64,000 bases of DNA from Raillietiella orientalis (lineage: Eukaryota): contig JAYWIR010000022.1 of the NCBI GenBank assembly GCA_036172245.1, positions 1 to 64,000 of the forward strand, given 5' to 3'. The notes beneath the pieces were generated by a model. It was given only the letters and a program-made list of their open reading frames with translations. It was not told the DNA's origin and made no database searches. A program made the translations under genes and the position numbers. Positions 33,180 to 45,099 of the stretch are shown here, piece by piece (the stretch's first letter is position 1; every line of letters starts with the position of its first letter).

Positions 33180-35776
33180 CAAATCCCTCTTGTGGTGAGC
33201 GGACGTGTTTTTCCTTCGCTCCGCCTGCGTGGCAAGAGGAGCGTTCCTTATTTGTGTGTTCTGTGCGTTCACATCGTCGGTGTCCGATGGCTGCGCTGCC
33301 AGAGGACACCGCGATGGAAGTAGGCGTGGAGGACGCTAGTTCGCCCCTACAACCTACTGGATCAGGGGCATCCGCCCCAGAATCGTCCCCGCTGTTACAG
33401 ACGAGGACTTCGAGTTCCATGGTGGCAGCGCCTAGCGCCGAAGCCCTGGCGGAACAAATGGCCTACCGGGCAGCAGGGTATAAACCCTCGCTGATATATA
33501 AGGTAGGACCATTATTTGATGGGCGGACTGCACGCGCCTTCTCGAAGGCGCTGCAGAACGCAAATATTCGGGAGCATGATCTTGACGGCCTCTCCGTCCT
33601 CAGCGGGGTCAGCGGGTCGAAGTGGTATGCAAAGATATCACCTTGACCCAACGCCTGATCACCGACCCGCTGATCGTTGATGGTCGGAAGATCTTGCCGG
33701 TGATGATGGACCGCTCTGTAGTGGTCCATCTCACCGGGATCACCAGCCGCATGACGCGGTCTGCGGTTGGTGAAGAATTGAAGTTCGGGGAGGTACACGC
33801 GCTGTGGCCAAAGGCCAGTCTTCGACGGCTACAATAGCCTTTTCGGGGGGCAGGCCGCCGCGTGTGTGACCGTGAACGAGGGTGGAGCGCTACCTCACAA
33901 GCTGGACGTCTGCCAAGAGCCGGTAGACCTCTGGTACGTGGGTAAACCCCAATTTTGTGGATACTGAAATGCAGTAGTGCACCTTCGAAAGATGTGCCCG
34001 AATATATTGTGCCACCTATGCGGAGAAAAGGGCCACGTGAGACGCGTATGCCCGAAGCGCCCCATCCTGGTGCCACCTGCTGCCAAAAAGGCGCAGGTGA
34101 AAAAGGCGAAGGTCGCAAGACCGAAAGTTGAAAGTGGCCAGCGGAAGCTGCCAGGACCTCAACCTCCGGCGAAAAAGTCGGAGGAACAACCCTCCGAAGT
34201 GATGGAGGGGGAGGAGGGCTGGCAGCTTGTAAAGGCCCGTAAAGAGCGGAAGGTTCCTCACGAGGAACCAGAGAAAGCGGAGAAAAAGAAGAGCCGAAGC
34301 CGAAAAAACCCGGTCCGCGATCGAAAACTCTCCGCGAGTGCACGGTGGCACTGCAATGCATCGTCGTTTCCGAAGCTGCCATCCGGGGCGACGAGCCTCC
34401 CCTCGCCGTTTCCGCTGAGCCCGAGGTTCGCGACGGCGAACCCTCTGTTTGCTCAGAGGGTGAGCCGCGCGACGCGCAAGCCGACAGTAAGGACGCCGCG
34501 TTCGCGCAGGCGACGAAGGAGCTCGCAGCCACGCTGGCCGAGCGTGAGAACCCCTCGCGCAAGGCCGTGCGAAGGCCGGCTACGGCAAAAAAGGCCCCCA
34601 CAGGTGAGTGCGACCTGAGCTCATCCTCCTCCGCGAACGCACCCCCCAGGAAGTCGGGACGCAAGTCCCATAAGCCCAGGAAGCGCTTCCCCTCCACCAG
34701 CGAGAAGACGGAAGTCGTCACCGGCGTGGGAATCCCGGAGGGGGAGCTCCCACGCTCGGATGTCGTCGAGCCGGCCACCCCCATGGAGGAGGGTGAGCAG
34801 GGAGGCGAAGTCATCCCTGCAGTCGCCGATCCTGAACAGCCCGTCCCCATGGAGGGCCACCAGGTAGGCGCGACCGCACCTTAAGGTGACCTGCCCGACG
34901 CGCCACAACCAATGGAGGGGGACCAGGTGCCCTCAGCACCCCCCTCCTCCACCTAGCGTCCCGCCCCAGCAGGTGGCGGACGCCGCACCCCCAATTTCCC
35001 AGGATTAGCACCTGGGCTCGCCAGTTGCCGTCGGATTCGCGCGGCCTGTTGGAATATCCACGGGCTGCGCGAAGACGGCAACAGGCGAGATACAGCCGAC
35101 ATTCTGCGTGAGCTTGACCTGGCAAGAGTCGTCGTTCCTACTATTGCACTGAGGTTTATCCTGCAACGCACGCCGCTTCCGCTGGACGAGGGGAGCTGTG
35201 GATCCTGAGTGTGCCAGGAGTGGGCAGCGGAAATCGCTCACCTACCTTATTGTGGACTTTGCTGCCCTCCGACCCCTGTCGGAACGGTTCGGGACGACCT
35301 TCTAGCTCCCTACGGGCAGTACCCCCAGAGGCGTTCTCCGGCTCCTCTTCGTGAGGGACGCCCTGCAGCCCTTGCAGCCCCGTGCTGCGTACGAGGCATA
35401 GTGGCGGCCTGGAGCGACGCCAACAGCGAAGATCGGGACATGAACGAGAGGGAAGTCATCCCGTATGCAGTAAGCTTCATGCGGAGAGCTGCGAGATGGC
35501 CCCAACTGGGAAGCATGCAGAAGGACCTCAAGGACTTCCTCCGACGGATGGGCCCTCCTCGCAGTGATCTGTGATCCCTTCCCCTCCCTCCAAACACTTT
35601 TTGTATTTTTGATCTTTTCTTTTTCTTTTTTTGTTTTGTCCTCCATCCCTTTTCCCTGCTGAGGAGTGCTACGCCGGGCTGCGTCCCGGCAGGTCCCGTG
35701 TAAATGGCCGTGAGTGGAGCCTTGTACCACGTATTGTAGAGTTTTTACAATGCCCCGAGCGTACCCGGGTGGCAAC
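33180..35776 (+). mobile_element. Internally deleted Tx1-like element (copy M) retaining both ends
   Basis: 5' motif 33199-33208; decayed ORF1 33287-35008; ORF2 jumps from the APE start to WQES near 35120; degenerate hairpin 35749-35771. Confidence 0.85.
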
Positions 35777-38425
35777 CCCGAGGCCTAGCAGCGAGATTCC
35801 CAAAGCAGGAAAAATTGTGCTGAAGACCGAAAAACCTCCTACTATCGGCATCGCGACCCATAAGCCTCGTACCACGGCCTCGTGAAACGGCGAGGAATGC
35901 GGTCGCTAACCCGATACGGGAAAATCGCGTCCGCGGGCAAAGAACTCCGCGCCGTCTGAACCTACCGCGGCCAAGGTTCCCCAGGCGCCGAGTGCCGCGA
36001 CGAAACAGCCTGCGAACCCGCAACCCTCGCGCGCAGACGCAGCGCCTACCGCGCCCACGGAGGAAACTGCTACGGCAAGCACAACCGCTACAGCAGCGTC
36101 ACTAACCGTCGTAAGGGATACGCGCGAATTCTCCGATCAGGAAGTGGCAGCGCCTCTCGAGATCGCTAAGGGAGTCGCTTAAGCCTGCGCGGAGGCAGCA
36201 CTGCAAGAGGCAGCTAAGGCAACGCCTCTTACATCCGCGGACGCAGCGTCATCTCAGGAGGGCAAAGATAACTGCGACGCGAAGGAAGACGGCTGGATGC
36301 AGGTGAGAAAGGGAATTAAAAAGAAACCGTAAAGGTCCTCGCAGCTCTGTGTGAAGGTGAGTGGGCGAAAGAAACCCACGAAACCTTCCCAAAAGAAGAT
36401 TGCGATCCTTTCCTCCTGCGCAGTCGTCCTCTCGTGGAAGGAGAGGGAAGCTGCTGCCGCGGCTAAAAGGATGAAAATCCCAGCCGCAGTAGCAGAAAGC
36501 GCTGAGAAACAGGCAGTGAATGATTTCCCTTATTCGGAGAAACAGAAGCGCCTGGCTTGCGCCCGACTCTCAGATTCCGATCCAGAGTCCGACAGAATGA
36601 GCACACAGCGCGACATTTGCTCGAAACCGCACAATCGCCTCCCGAAGACCCGCGAGCGCGTGGTTGCCGAGGAGGAACTGTTGCCGGGGAGCTAAGAGGA
36701 AGGGATGAACCTCACATATAAGCTACCGGAAACAAGCAGTGCGGCTTCGAAATACGATGTCCAATCTACGAGACCTGTCACTCTGTTTCGTGGCCACTTG
36801 CGCGCGTGTGGCACGCAGTACTGGCGAGAAGGCTCTGCACAATCGTGCTGAGTCGGGTTTCTCGTTAATAGTAGGATGGCGGGAGCGGTACCTAGCGTTC
36901 GATTCGACCAGCAAAGGCAAATCGGCAAACTTGTACTCAAATGGTCAGATTCAATCCACCTCGTCGTGGCGAACGTCTACGTGCCGAGCGGCTATCAGCG
37001 GCACTCCGAAAGAGTGGAGTTCTTTGACGTGCTGGAAAGCCGTAGGCTCAGGAACTCCAGAACTAGAGTGACCCATCCCGACGCAGGGGACTTCGAACCT
37101 TCCCCTGCTTTCCAACGAGACAAGGTCCCTGGCGGAACGGTTGCGGGTGGAAGAGGCATGCGCGTCGGTGCACGCGAGTAACTTGGAAGCCGGCGAGCCT
37201 GGACTGGAAAGATGCGTGGATCACGTCTACCTCGATGAACACCTACTCTCACGAGTGGGAAGGAGAGGCAGGGTGCCGTCCACGTTATCGGACCATAATA
37301 GGCTGGAGTTCGAGCTACTCCCGCCGGGCAAGGGACCTCTGAACAATGTTTGGAGGATGCCGGCGGATTGGCTCAGTCACACGGAGGCGGCGGAGCATCT
37401 TCGCCAGTTTCTTCGCGGCTTTGCCATCCGGCAACTCGTAGACTGGGACCATCTTCAAAGATCGGTTCGCGAGTTTTGCGACCGGTTCCCACTGCACCTG
37501 CTATCGCGTAGCTTCGGGGAAGGCGTGGCCAATAGCAGAGAATTTCTGCCAACGTGAAACGGAAGACGCCAGGTGAGGACGGGCTGCCCGCGGAGTTCTA
37601 TCAGAGCTTCGCGGCGGATCTCGCCCCACTGGTGCTCAGACTCTCGACGCTGATGAGAGTGACGGGCGATGTCCCTTCTTCCTTCCGCTCAGCGAGGGTG
37701 CGTCTCCTTCCGAAAGGAGATCTGCGCCATCTCAACAACTGGCGTCCGATCACGTTAGTGAATACGGACGTGAACTTGTTTTCCAAGCTGTGGGTCACGC
37801 GCCTAGGGAAAGTCGCGGAGTCCGTGGTAAGCCCGGAGCAGTCTTACGCTGTACCGGGTAGATCCAAGGATTCGAACCTTCTTTTGGCGCGCACCTGGTG
37901 GCAGCTGCATGAGCGCGTTGCGGCGGACAGCCGAACAGCGGCTAGACCTGCCGACTGCGAGCGCCAGTGCGGACGGACGGGAGAAGGCCGGGAGCCTTGG
38001 CAGTAGCAGTAGATTTGCATAAAGCATTCGACTGCATCAACCAGGAACTCCTCTTGGAACTCCTGCAGCGTCTTGGGCTTCCGAACCAACTCCTCCTGTA
38101 CTTGCGCTCCTGCTGGCGCTACGCGCTTATCAACTTTAATTTCAGCGGCTATCGCGTGTGCGGCGGCGTCGTGCGCATTCGTCAGGCGGAGCGACAGCTT
38201 TAAGTCCGTTCCTCTTCAGGATATACTTTGAGTTGGTGCTGAAGGGTACAGGCTGATGCTGGCCGTCCTGCCCAGCGCCTCTCCCTGTACGCCGTCCGTG
38301 GATGCATATGCCAACGACCTTCTGCTTATGTTGTCCATGTCCATCCCGGCAGCGTCACTTGCAGATTTCTGAGTTGATCCGTCGCGCAGCAGGCGTGAAC
38401 TTCAACAAAAGCAAGTGCACGGAGT
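35777..38425 (+). mobile_element. Decayed Tx1-like element related to copy B (copy N)
   Basis: ORF1-like tail; APE remnants (NVYVPSG, DHVYLD, LSDH); RT remnants (WRPITLVN, DLHKAFD). Confidence 0.8.
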
Positions 38426-38929
38426 AGCCGATGTGCGCCGCGCCGCGCGACTCCTCTCACATCGGCATGGCAGAATCCAGCAATATTTAAATCATCCTCG
38501 ACGAGCTGATCCCGTGCGAGCAACCTTCCGTCTACATAGCCGCCAATAACACGCTTCCCGAACGGTAGGCCATCACCGCACCATACTTGAATATCTTTTT
38601 CATCTTAATTTTTTTCTTCAATTTATTGATAAAGAAAATTCACAATAAAATGGTATAATCAAGTGACAGGAAAATCTGAATGTTTTTAGAAGAATTTGGA
38701 TTTTGTACTTATGGATACCACTGTAACTTTGTCCTTCATTATAATAAAGCTACATTCTGAAGCATATCATCCATGCTTGATTATATCATAGGGGTGAATA
38801 TAGAAATAAAAAGAGCTATGGAATAACACCCTCATTATATGTCCACTAGATGGATCAATGGAACAGAAGGCGTGTTACATCTATAAATAGAGCAATCAGA
38901 GGTTTTGGCAAGGATTGATTAAGAAATAC

Positions 38930-40480
38930 CACACGATATCCTCCACCCAACATAAAAAATTTGCGTGCGTTTACGCGATGCGGCGGAAGACTCACGCCTT
39001 TGGGACAGAGGGCGTGTACAGTGGGCGAGTAGGTGCACGCGTGTCGATACGCTAAAGGATTCAACTTCCCCACAAATTCCAAATCGGCAATGAGTTTCTC
39101 GACACTTGGTATATGGGGAAGTCAAAATTCTGCGGCAAATGCAAGACGTTCGGACACCCGAAAAAGCGCTGCCCGGACGCAGTTCGCCCACGTGCGGCGC
39201 GAAGGGCCACATCAAAGTGGTGTGCAGAATGAACGTCCCTCCAACGCCTGAGATTCCGAGAAAAACGGAAGATGGAAGAAAAAATAAATAAAAAAACAAA
39301 GGGGGAACAGCCGCCGGCAGCTGAAAAAGTAGTGCAGCAACTAACCGACTCGGTTAAAGAGATCCTGCGAAAGACTGCCGACGAGGAAGGCTGGCAACTG
39401 GTCACCCGAAAAATTAAAATTATATGAAAATCTGCACCCGCCCCTGCGAAAATAGCTAAAGGTAAGGCCAAGGCCGCACCTCGTGAAATTGTCAAGAAGT
39501 GCAGCGTGAACATCAGACGCGTGCCGGCGTTCGAGAACCGATCCATAAGAAACTGGATATCGGGTGACGTCAAGCCAGAGGAACCCGCCGTCGCGCATGC
39601 GTCCACGCGGCGACAAAGTCGCAAACCGAACTCAAGCAGACACGACCGGGATTTCCAGAAAGCGGCGGAAAAACTGGTGGCCATGTTCCAGCAGCCACCC
39701 AAGGCCGAGAAAAAGGTCTTTAGCCCAGCAGCTGTGCCAAAAGGACCGCAGACTGCCGAGTCAGAAGCCGAAGCCGGCAACGCTCCTTCTACCGCTCTTC
39801 CAAAACGAAAGGCAGGCCAAAAGGTAGGCAACCGGCGGCGCACCGCTCCTTCTCAGGCGGGTTACAGAATGCGCTCGGACGACGAGGAGGCGATGTCCGC
39901 GAGATCTCGCGACTCCTAGCCGGAAGTGGCACAACCAAAGCCCGTTGCTATTACATCCATCGATGGAACGCCTCCATGCGAGGCAAAACCGGTCCAGATG
40001 GACACAACACAACCGCCTCCTGAACAGATGCAAACCACAACGCCATTAACATAAATACACCGTTGTGTGGACTCTCCCCTTGCCGGCAGATGCGCATAAT
40101 CTGTTGGAATGTCAACGGGTTGTGCGACGACGGCAAGAGAGGAATAGCCGCCACCCTACGAGACTTCGATCTGGCGCTCCTGCAGGAGATCCACGTGATC
40201 ACCGCAAGAAACGTCCAGGAGATCGAGAGGATCGCAGGGGGTCCGTTGTATTGGAGATGCAGCGACCGCAACACCAATACAAGTCGTGCAATTCGACGGG
40301 AAGGTCAAGTTGGGCAGCTTGTGATCAAGTAATCCGACGCGATCGACCTCGTGATTAGGAACTTGTACGCGCCATGGGATAGCCACAGCCCCGCAGAACG
40401 CACTGCGTTCTTCGATGGCCTGCAGTGAGATTGGCTGGTTCAGACATTCGAAGGGCGCACCTGATTGCTGGGGATTTTAA
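38930..40480 (+). mobile_element. Decayed Tx1-like ORF1 and APE start (copy O)
   Basis: Knuckle remnant CGAKGHIKVVC; EEGWQLV motif; CWNVNGL...LQEIH at 40080-40200. Confidence 0.75.
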
Positions 40481-40484
40481 AGAG

Positions 40485-41600
40485 GGGTGCGAAAGTGCTC
40501 TTCCGTCGCTCTTGGAATCACGCTTTAGTCTGCTTCATCTTGGTGTTGTGCGTCCTAAAGACGATGACGACCTCCCCTGAAGCTATAGAAATTGAAGGAG
40601 CCAGGTCGGGATCTGCATACGCGGAACCTAAGGCCGCCTCCGCTTCGTCTTCCTCGCCAACGGCGAGAAGTTTTGCTTCCGTTACTGCAGTCGCTGCCGT
40701 CAAAGGGGCCCCCTATGAAGCTAAGTTGAAGGCTTACATAGCCCAAGGCTACAAACCCTCACTCCGTTATCAGGTGAGTGGGTTTCTTTCTACTTGCGAC
40801 TGAAGTCAATTCAACGACGAATTCACCCGCATAGGCGTGTGGGAGGAAGACCATCTCGCCATCATGCCCGTTAAGGGCTTAGGATACTACAAGGTGTGGT
40901 GCAAGAACGGAGCAATTCTGCAGCGCTTGCTACGCACCCCAGTGTGCATCCGTAGGAAGGTTTTCCCGACCCCCATGGGTAATTCTTTCGTCGTGGTGAT
41001 GTGCGACGTAAGGTCGCACATCTCAGACCTCGACCTAAGAGACGCGTTGGCAAAGTTTCCCAACGTCCACGCGCAGTGAACGGTTCGGAGCACCCTCAAG
41101 GACTTTCCGCCCCTACACAGCGGAATCGCCGCAGTTCGGGTCACCATGGCGAACCACGGATCGTTACCCGCAAAGCTAAAGGTGAAAGACAGGATCCTTC
41201 ACCTTTGGTACGCAGGGAAGCCTCGCGCGTGCAAGGAATGCGGTGAAGAGGGGCAGCGGATCGGAAAATGCCTTTGGTAACTGCCGATACTGCAAGTTAC
41301 CAGGGCACGACTTGAGCAAGTTTCGAGAACTTCACGGGAATAAGGTGGCCGCGAAACTTACAAGGTGTAAGGAGATCGCAGAAAGAAGAAAAGGCCGCGC
41401 AAAACGCCAGGAACGCGCAGAAGGAATCCCGTAAGCAAGCGGAAGGGGCCACGGTCTTCAACTGCGAAACCCCGTGCGGACGATCACCCGACGGAGAAAC
41501 CGCGGATAAAATGCGCCTAAGGGTTTCGAACGCCCAGCAGCCGTAGCGGGGGTACAGCGCGGAATCCCGTTAAGAGCATTCCCTTTCCGAAGCAGCAAAA
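40485..41600 (+). mobile_element. Decayed divergent Tx1-like ORF1 (copy P)
   Basis: AYIAQGYKPSL, LQRLLRTPV, WYAGKPRACKECGEEG and CRYCKLPGHD, similar to ORF1 of other copies. Confidence 0.7.
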
Positions 41601-42084
41601 GGTTTACCAACTGCAAACGTCTACTGTTCCAAGCAAGATTCACCGCCATGGACTCACGGAGATCCCCAAGAACAAGACGAGCATTCTTACGAGAACAAGG
41701 TATACAAAAAAAAATTTACTGACAGAATATTCGCTCTCTTCACTCGGTTGAATCACTGAACCGATCTTTGCTTCGCCGGCGCTTCGTGCCATCTTGCAAA
41801 CCAAACGAAATTCCATTATTGTGAATCACAGAACCGATCTTTGTTCTGTCGTTGCGAAGCATGACAAAAGAAAGCAATACCCATTCTGCTTACCTGATGA
41901 ACTCTCGCGCTTCGCGCTAGCATTCTGAAAAATGCAAATTAACCAACGGAGCTAATTTGCATTTCCATTATCATTACAGATAGAGCCACAGAAAAATACA
42001 TAATGCAATATCACACAAGATTCTATGCACGTAACATGAATTTAGTCAAAGAATGCTTCAGGCAACTTCACGACACATCACTTT

Positions 42085-42418
42085 CATCGTTTCCACGACA
42101 ACGGACGTGTGCGCCAACGTGTGGGACGTGTTGTCAAGTGGTCCGTGTCCATCGACCTCGTTGTCACGAACGTCTGCGCGCCAAGTGGCCCTCGCTACAT
42201 CGAAGAGAGAATAGCTTTCTTTAACAAGGTGCAGAGCCACTGGATCAACATCTCGGTCCCCAAGTGGTGCACCTCATTGAAGGGGACTGCTACGTGCGTC
42301 TACTGTCTGACGACTGCACATGCCCGAGGGAACGCACGCTGCTCATTAAGGTGTGCGTGTCAGTGTACGCTGCCAACTTGATGGTCAGTGTATCTGAGAT
42401 GGAAAGATCGTTCGATCC
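42085..42418 (+). mobile_element. Tx1-like APE fragment (Q)
   Basis: VVKWSVSIDLVVTNVCAPSG...HLIEGD...EMERSFD. Confidence 0.7.
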
Positions 42419-42554
42419 CTTTGAGAAGCGCGACTCTTGCTCCTAAGGGTGTGCCTGCGCAATCATAGCCGTATACACAACGGCAACTAATCACTTTTTC
42501 TCATTTATGAACTGGTCTGTGATTTATCTAATAAAGCTCAATTACAGCGAAAGA

Positions 42555-43020
42555 ATGTCTGAGCAATCCGATATGGAAGCTGAGACAAACTACAATCGCT
42601 TCTCTGCCTTGTTGCCTGACCTAGATGGAAACATCGAAGTCGGATTAACGACAGGTACAGACGTGGCATTACTGGAGGATAGAAAACTACCAGTCTACCT
42701 GGCCTTAGATGCTAGTCTCCATCAAAAACGTTACTGCGTCTGCAGTGGGGTGGCTGTACAATACAAAAGCATGGAAGGACCCAGCTTAACGTTGATTATC
42801 AACGGAATATATGCCTTATTCACATATGGACTGATCCGGTACAGAAAAGTAAATGAAGTTTTGATTCCGGATGGCGATTGGAAGGAGTCTGGGAAGCAGT
42901 TTCAAATAGCAACCCGCACAGAGTATCCGACTTAGCACTCATGAACAAATAGCCACAAATTGCATGGTCTTTGTGGTAGCGACTAAGGTATCATGCTGGC
43001 TCAGGAAATCACCATGTAGG
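42555..43020 (+). pseudogene. Endogenous viral element: N-terminal part of a probable qinvirus-like (negative-strand RNA virus) nucleoprotein, copy 1
   Basis: Clear paralogy to 49467-50685 (SALLPDLDGNIEVGLTTGTD identical); frameshifted; family call from recalled motifs. Confidence 0.6.
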
Positions 43021-43037
43021 CTTTTCCGCTAAAAAAA

Positions 43038-43342
43038 CTGGAAGATGTAGGGGACTGGTTTAGCCATCCGGACGCGGCGGAGCATCCCCGCGAACACCTC
43101 CGGGACTTCGCCATTCAAGAACTCGCGGAATGCGACGATCTCAAAACATGTTCGCGAGTTCTGATGCCAATTCCCCTTGCAATGGCTTCCGCGCGGTTTC
43201 GGAGAAGGCGTGGCCAACAGCAGAGCTTTTCTGCAGGCCCGCACGTTTCCAAACGCGCGCACGTCGCAGGTCTTGCAGAGTACAAAGCGAGGGCTGAGCA
43301 CCAGGTCTGGCAGTACGGAGCAGCTTCCCTGGTTGACGACAA
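43038..43342 (+). mobile_element. Tx1-like ORF2 linker fragment (R), collinear with fragment Q
   Basis: DWFSHPDAAEH...LPRGFGEGVANSRAFLQAR...LAEYKARAEHQVWQ. Confidence 0.75.
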
Positions 43343-44265
43343 TTCTTAGTCCAATTTTGTACAAAGATCACCGCCGATCACACATCATCGCCGCTTGAAG
43401 ACAGTGTTCCAAAAGGACTGAACATTTTTTGCTCCCATTGACTTCTTGCAGCAGATGAACTATCAAATGAGGTCTCAACATTATCTACAATTTTGACTTG
43501 TTTGCAGCAGTGAATCATTTGAAGTACCAAAAACATTTCACAGGAAGAAAAAAATGGCGATTTTTTTAAAGTTCACTACGAGAACATTTTTCTGAACTGC
43601 AAATCCGTATTTTTTGGTGACGGTGCTCTGACTCGGAGTTTACTTCGCAATATGAGCAGTTTGTGTTTATAAGTGCTAAAGAAATGCAAACTCAACACTA
43701 AAATGTACAGTTGTTTAAGCTGATTCTCAATAACAATGCATATAAGTGTCCTTAATTCATACTGAGTCACATGGAAACAAAGCTTCTTTAACGACTGAGT
43801 GTGCCACATGAAAAAACATGACAAGCATCGTCCCTGAAACAATCACTTTCTTTCACAATCCTTTCAGCAGTAATGTCAACTCGCTAAGAAGTTCTTTACA
43901 TTCCACTGACAGTCCTCCTTGGAGCACTTCATTTTTCAGACAAAATATTTCAATAACACGAAACCTTAAATTGTGAGAAGAAATGAGACCGAATGTGACG
44001 TGCATTGATTAGAAAATATTTTTTTCGAACTTCAAACTCAAGAGTGCATTCTTTTTTATACATTCGCATAGCACTTGTACCTTATAATCAGAAAACGTTC
44101 TTGGAAATAGCAGAGGACATGGAAACACGACAGGAACTCATGATATCAAGCGTCATTATCCTGCACTCGCACTGGTTCAGGAATGCAGACTACGAATATG
44201 CAGTTCACATCGGAGACATCAAAACATCTCTGGCGTTGCGATGGAAGGACGTCTTTCGGCTAAAC

Positions 44266-45080
44266 ATGCCTTACGGTCTCTTTCACAACTGGTGCGTAAC
44301 CCTTAATAACTACACTCTCAATGATATCGTAATCAAAATTAGGTGCCGCATCCATTGCAACTACGCCATCATCGCCAAAGAAACAGGAGCATCAGGCACT
44401 CCGCATATCCAAGGATATGTTCAAGTATCCGATGCATGCTCACTACCGGGAATGGGGAGACCTGCGTTCGAAAGAGCACACCTTGAGAAGGCTAATGGAA
44501 GTGCGCAATGCAACCACAGATATTGCACCAAACAGGACAAGGGAGCATGGATATTCGGAACAATCTCAGAAAACAGCAACCAGACATACGAAAACCAAGT
44601 AAGCTACATTAATACTATTCTCTTTATTTTTCTTCAAGATCTTACAACTCATCAAAACGGGCTCGGACGAGCGATACATCCTTGAAAATCACACCTAATT
44701 CTACGCCAGAAACATTCCCTTTATTAAGGAGTGTTTTAGAATCTACCGAAACCAAACAGCCAAGAATCCCCTTGCTACACGACGTTTACGCAGGTGGCAA
44801 ATGGATCTGCTTGACCAGCTTGGAAAAGATCCACACGACCGAAATGTATACTGGTACAGGTACTCAAGAGGCAACGCAGGCAAGACCACCTTCGCCAATT
44901 ACCTCTTCCTGAAAAAAGACGCCATCTACATGAAATCATGCAAGAAAGCAGACGCGGTCCATTGGTACAACGGAGAGATTATTATCATCTATTTCACAAG
45001 AGACAACCGAGACCTCGTCCAATATAGCTTCATAGAGACTGAAGAATGGTATCCTCTTCGATCCTAGGTACCAAGGTAAT
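44266..45080 (+). pseudogene. rep: Endogenous CRESS-DNA virus replication protein (HUH endonuclease plus SF3 helicase), putative intron 44599-44638
   Basis: Motif I WCVTLNN, motif II TPHIQGYV, motif III RYCTK, LRRWQ, Walker A GNAGKTT, LKNG. Confidence 0.85.
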
Positions 45081-45099
45081 CGGTAATCGTCTCGAGCCA

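Noticed and set aside
4300..41080. Frequent TGG-to-TGA/TAA stops suggesting deaminase editing
   Set aside because: Sequence contexts are mixed and Trp-to-stop changes are the easiest to notice; cannot be supported without a consensus-based mutation spectrum
41894..41930. CTGATGA...GAAA, resembling a hammerhead ribozyme core
   Set aside because: The intervening bases do not form a proper stem II, and I could not find stems I and III
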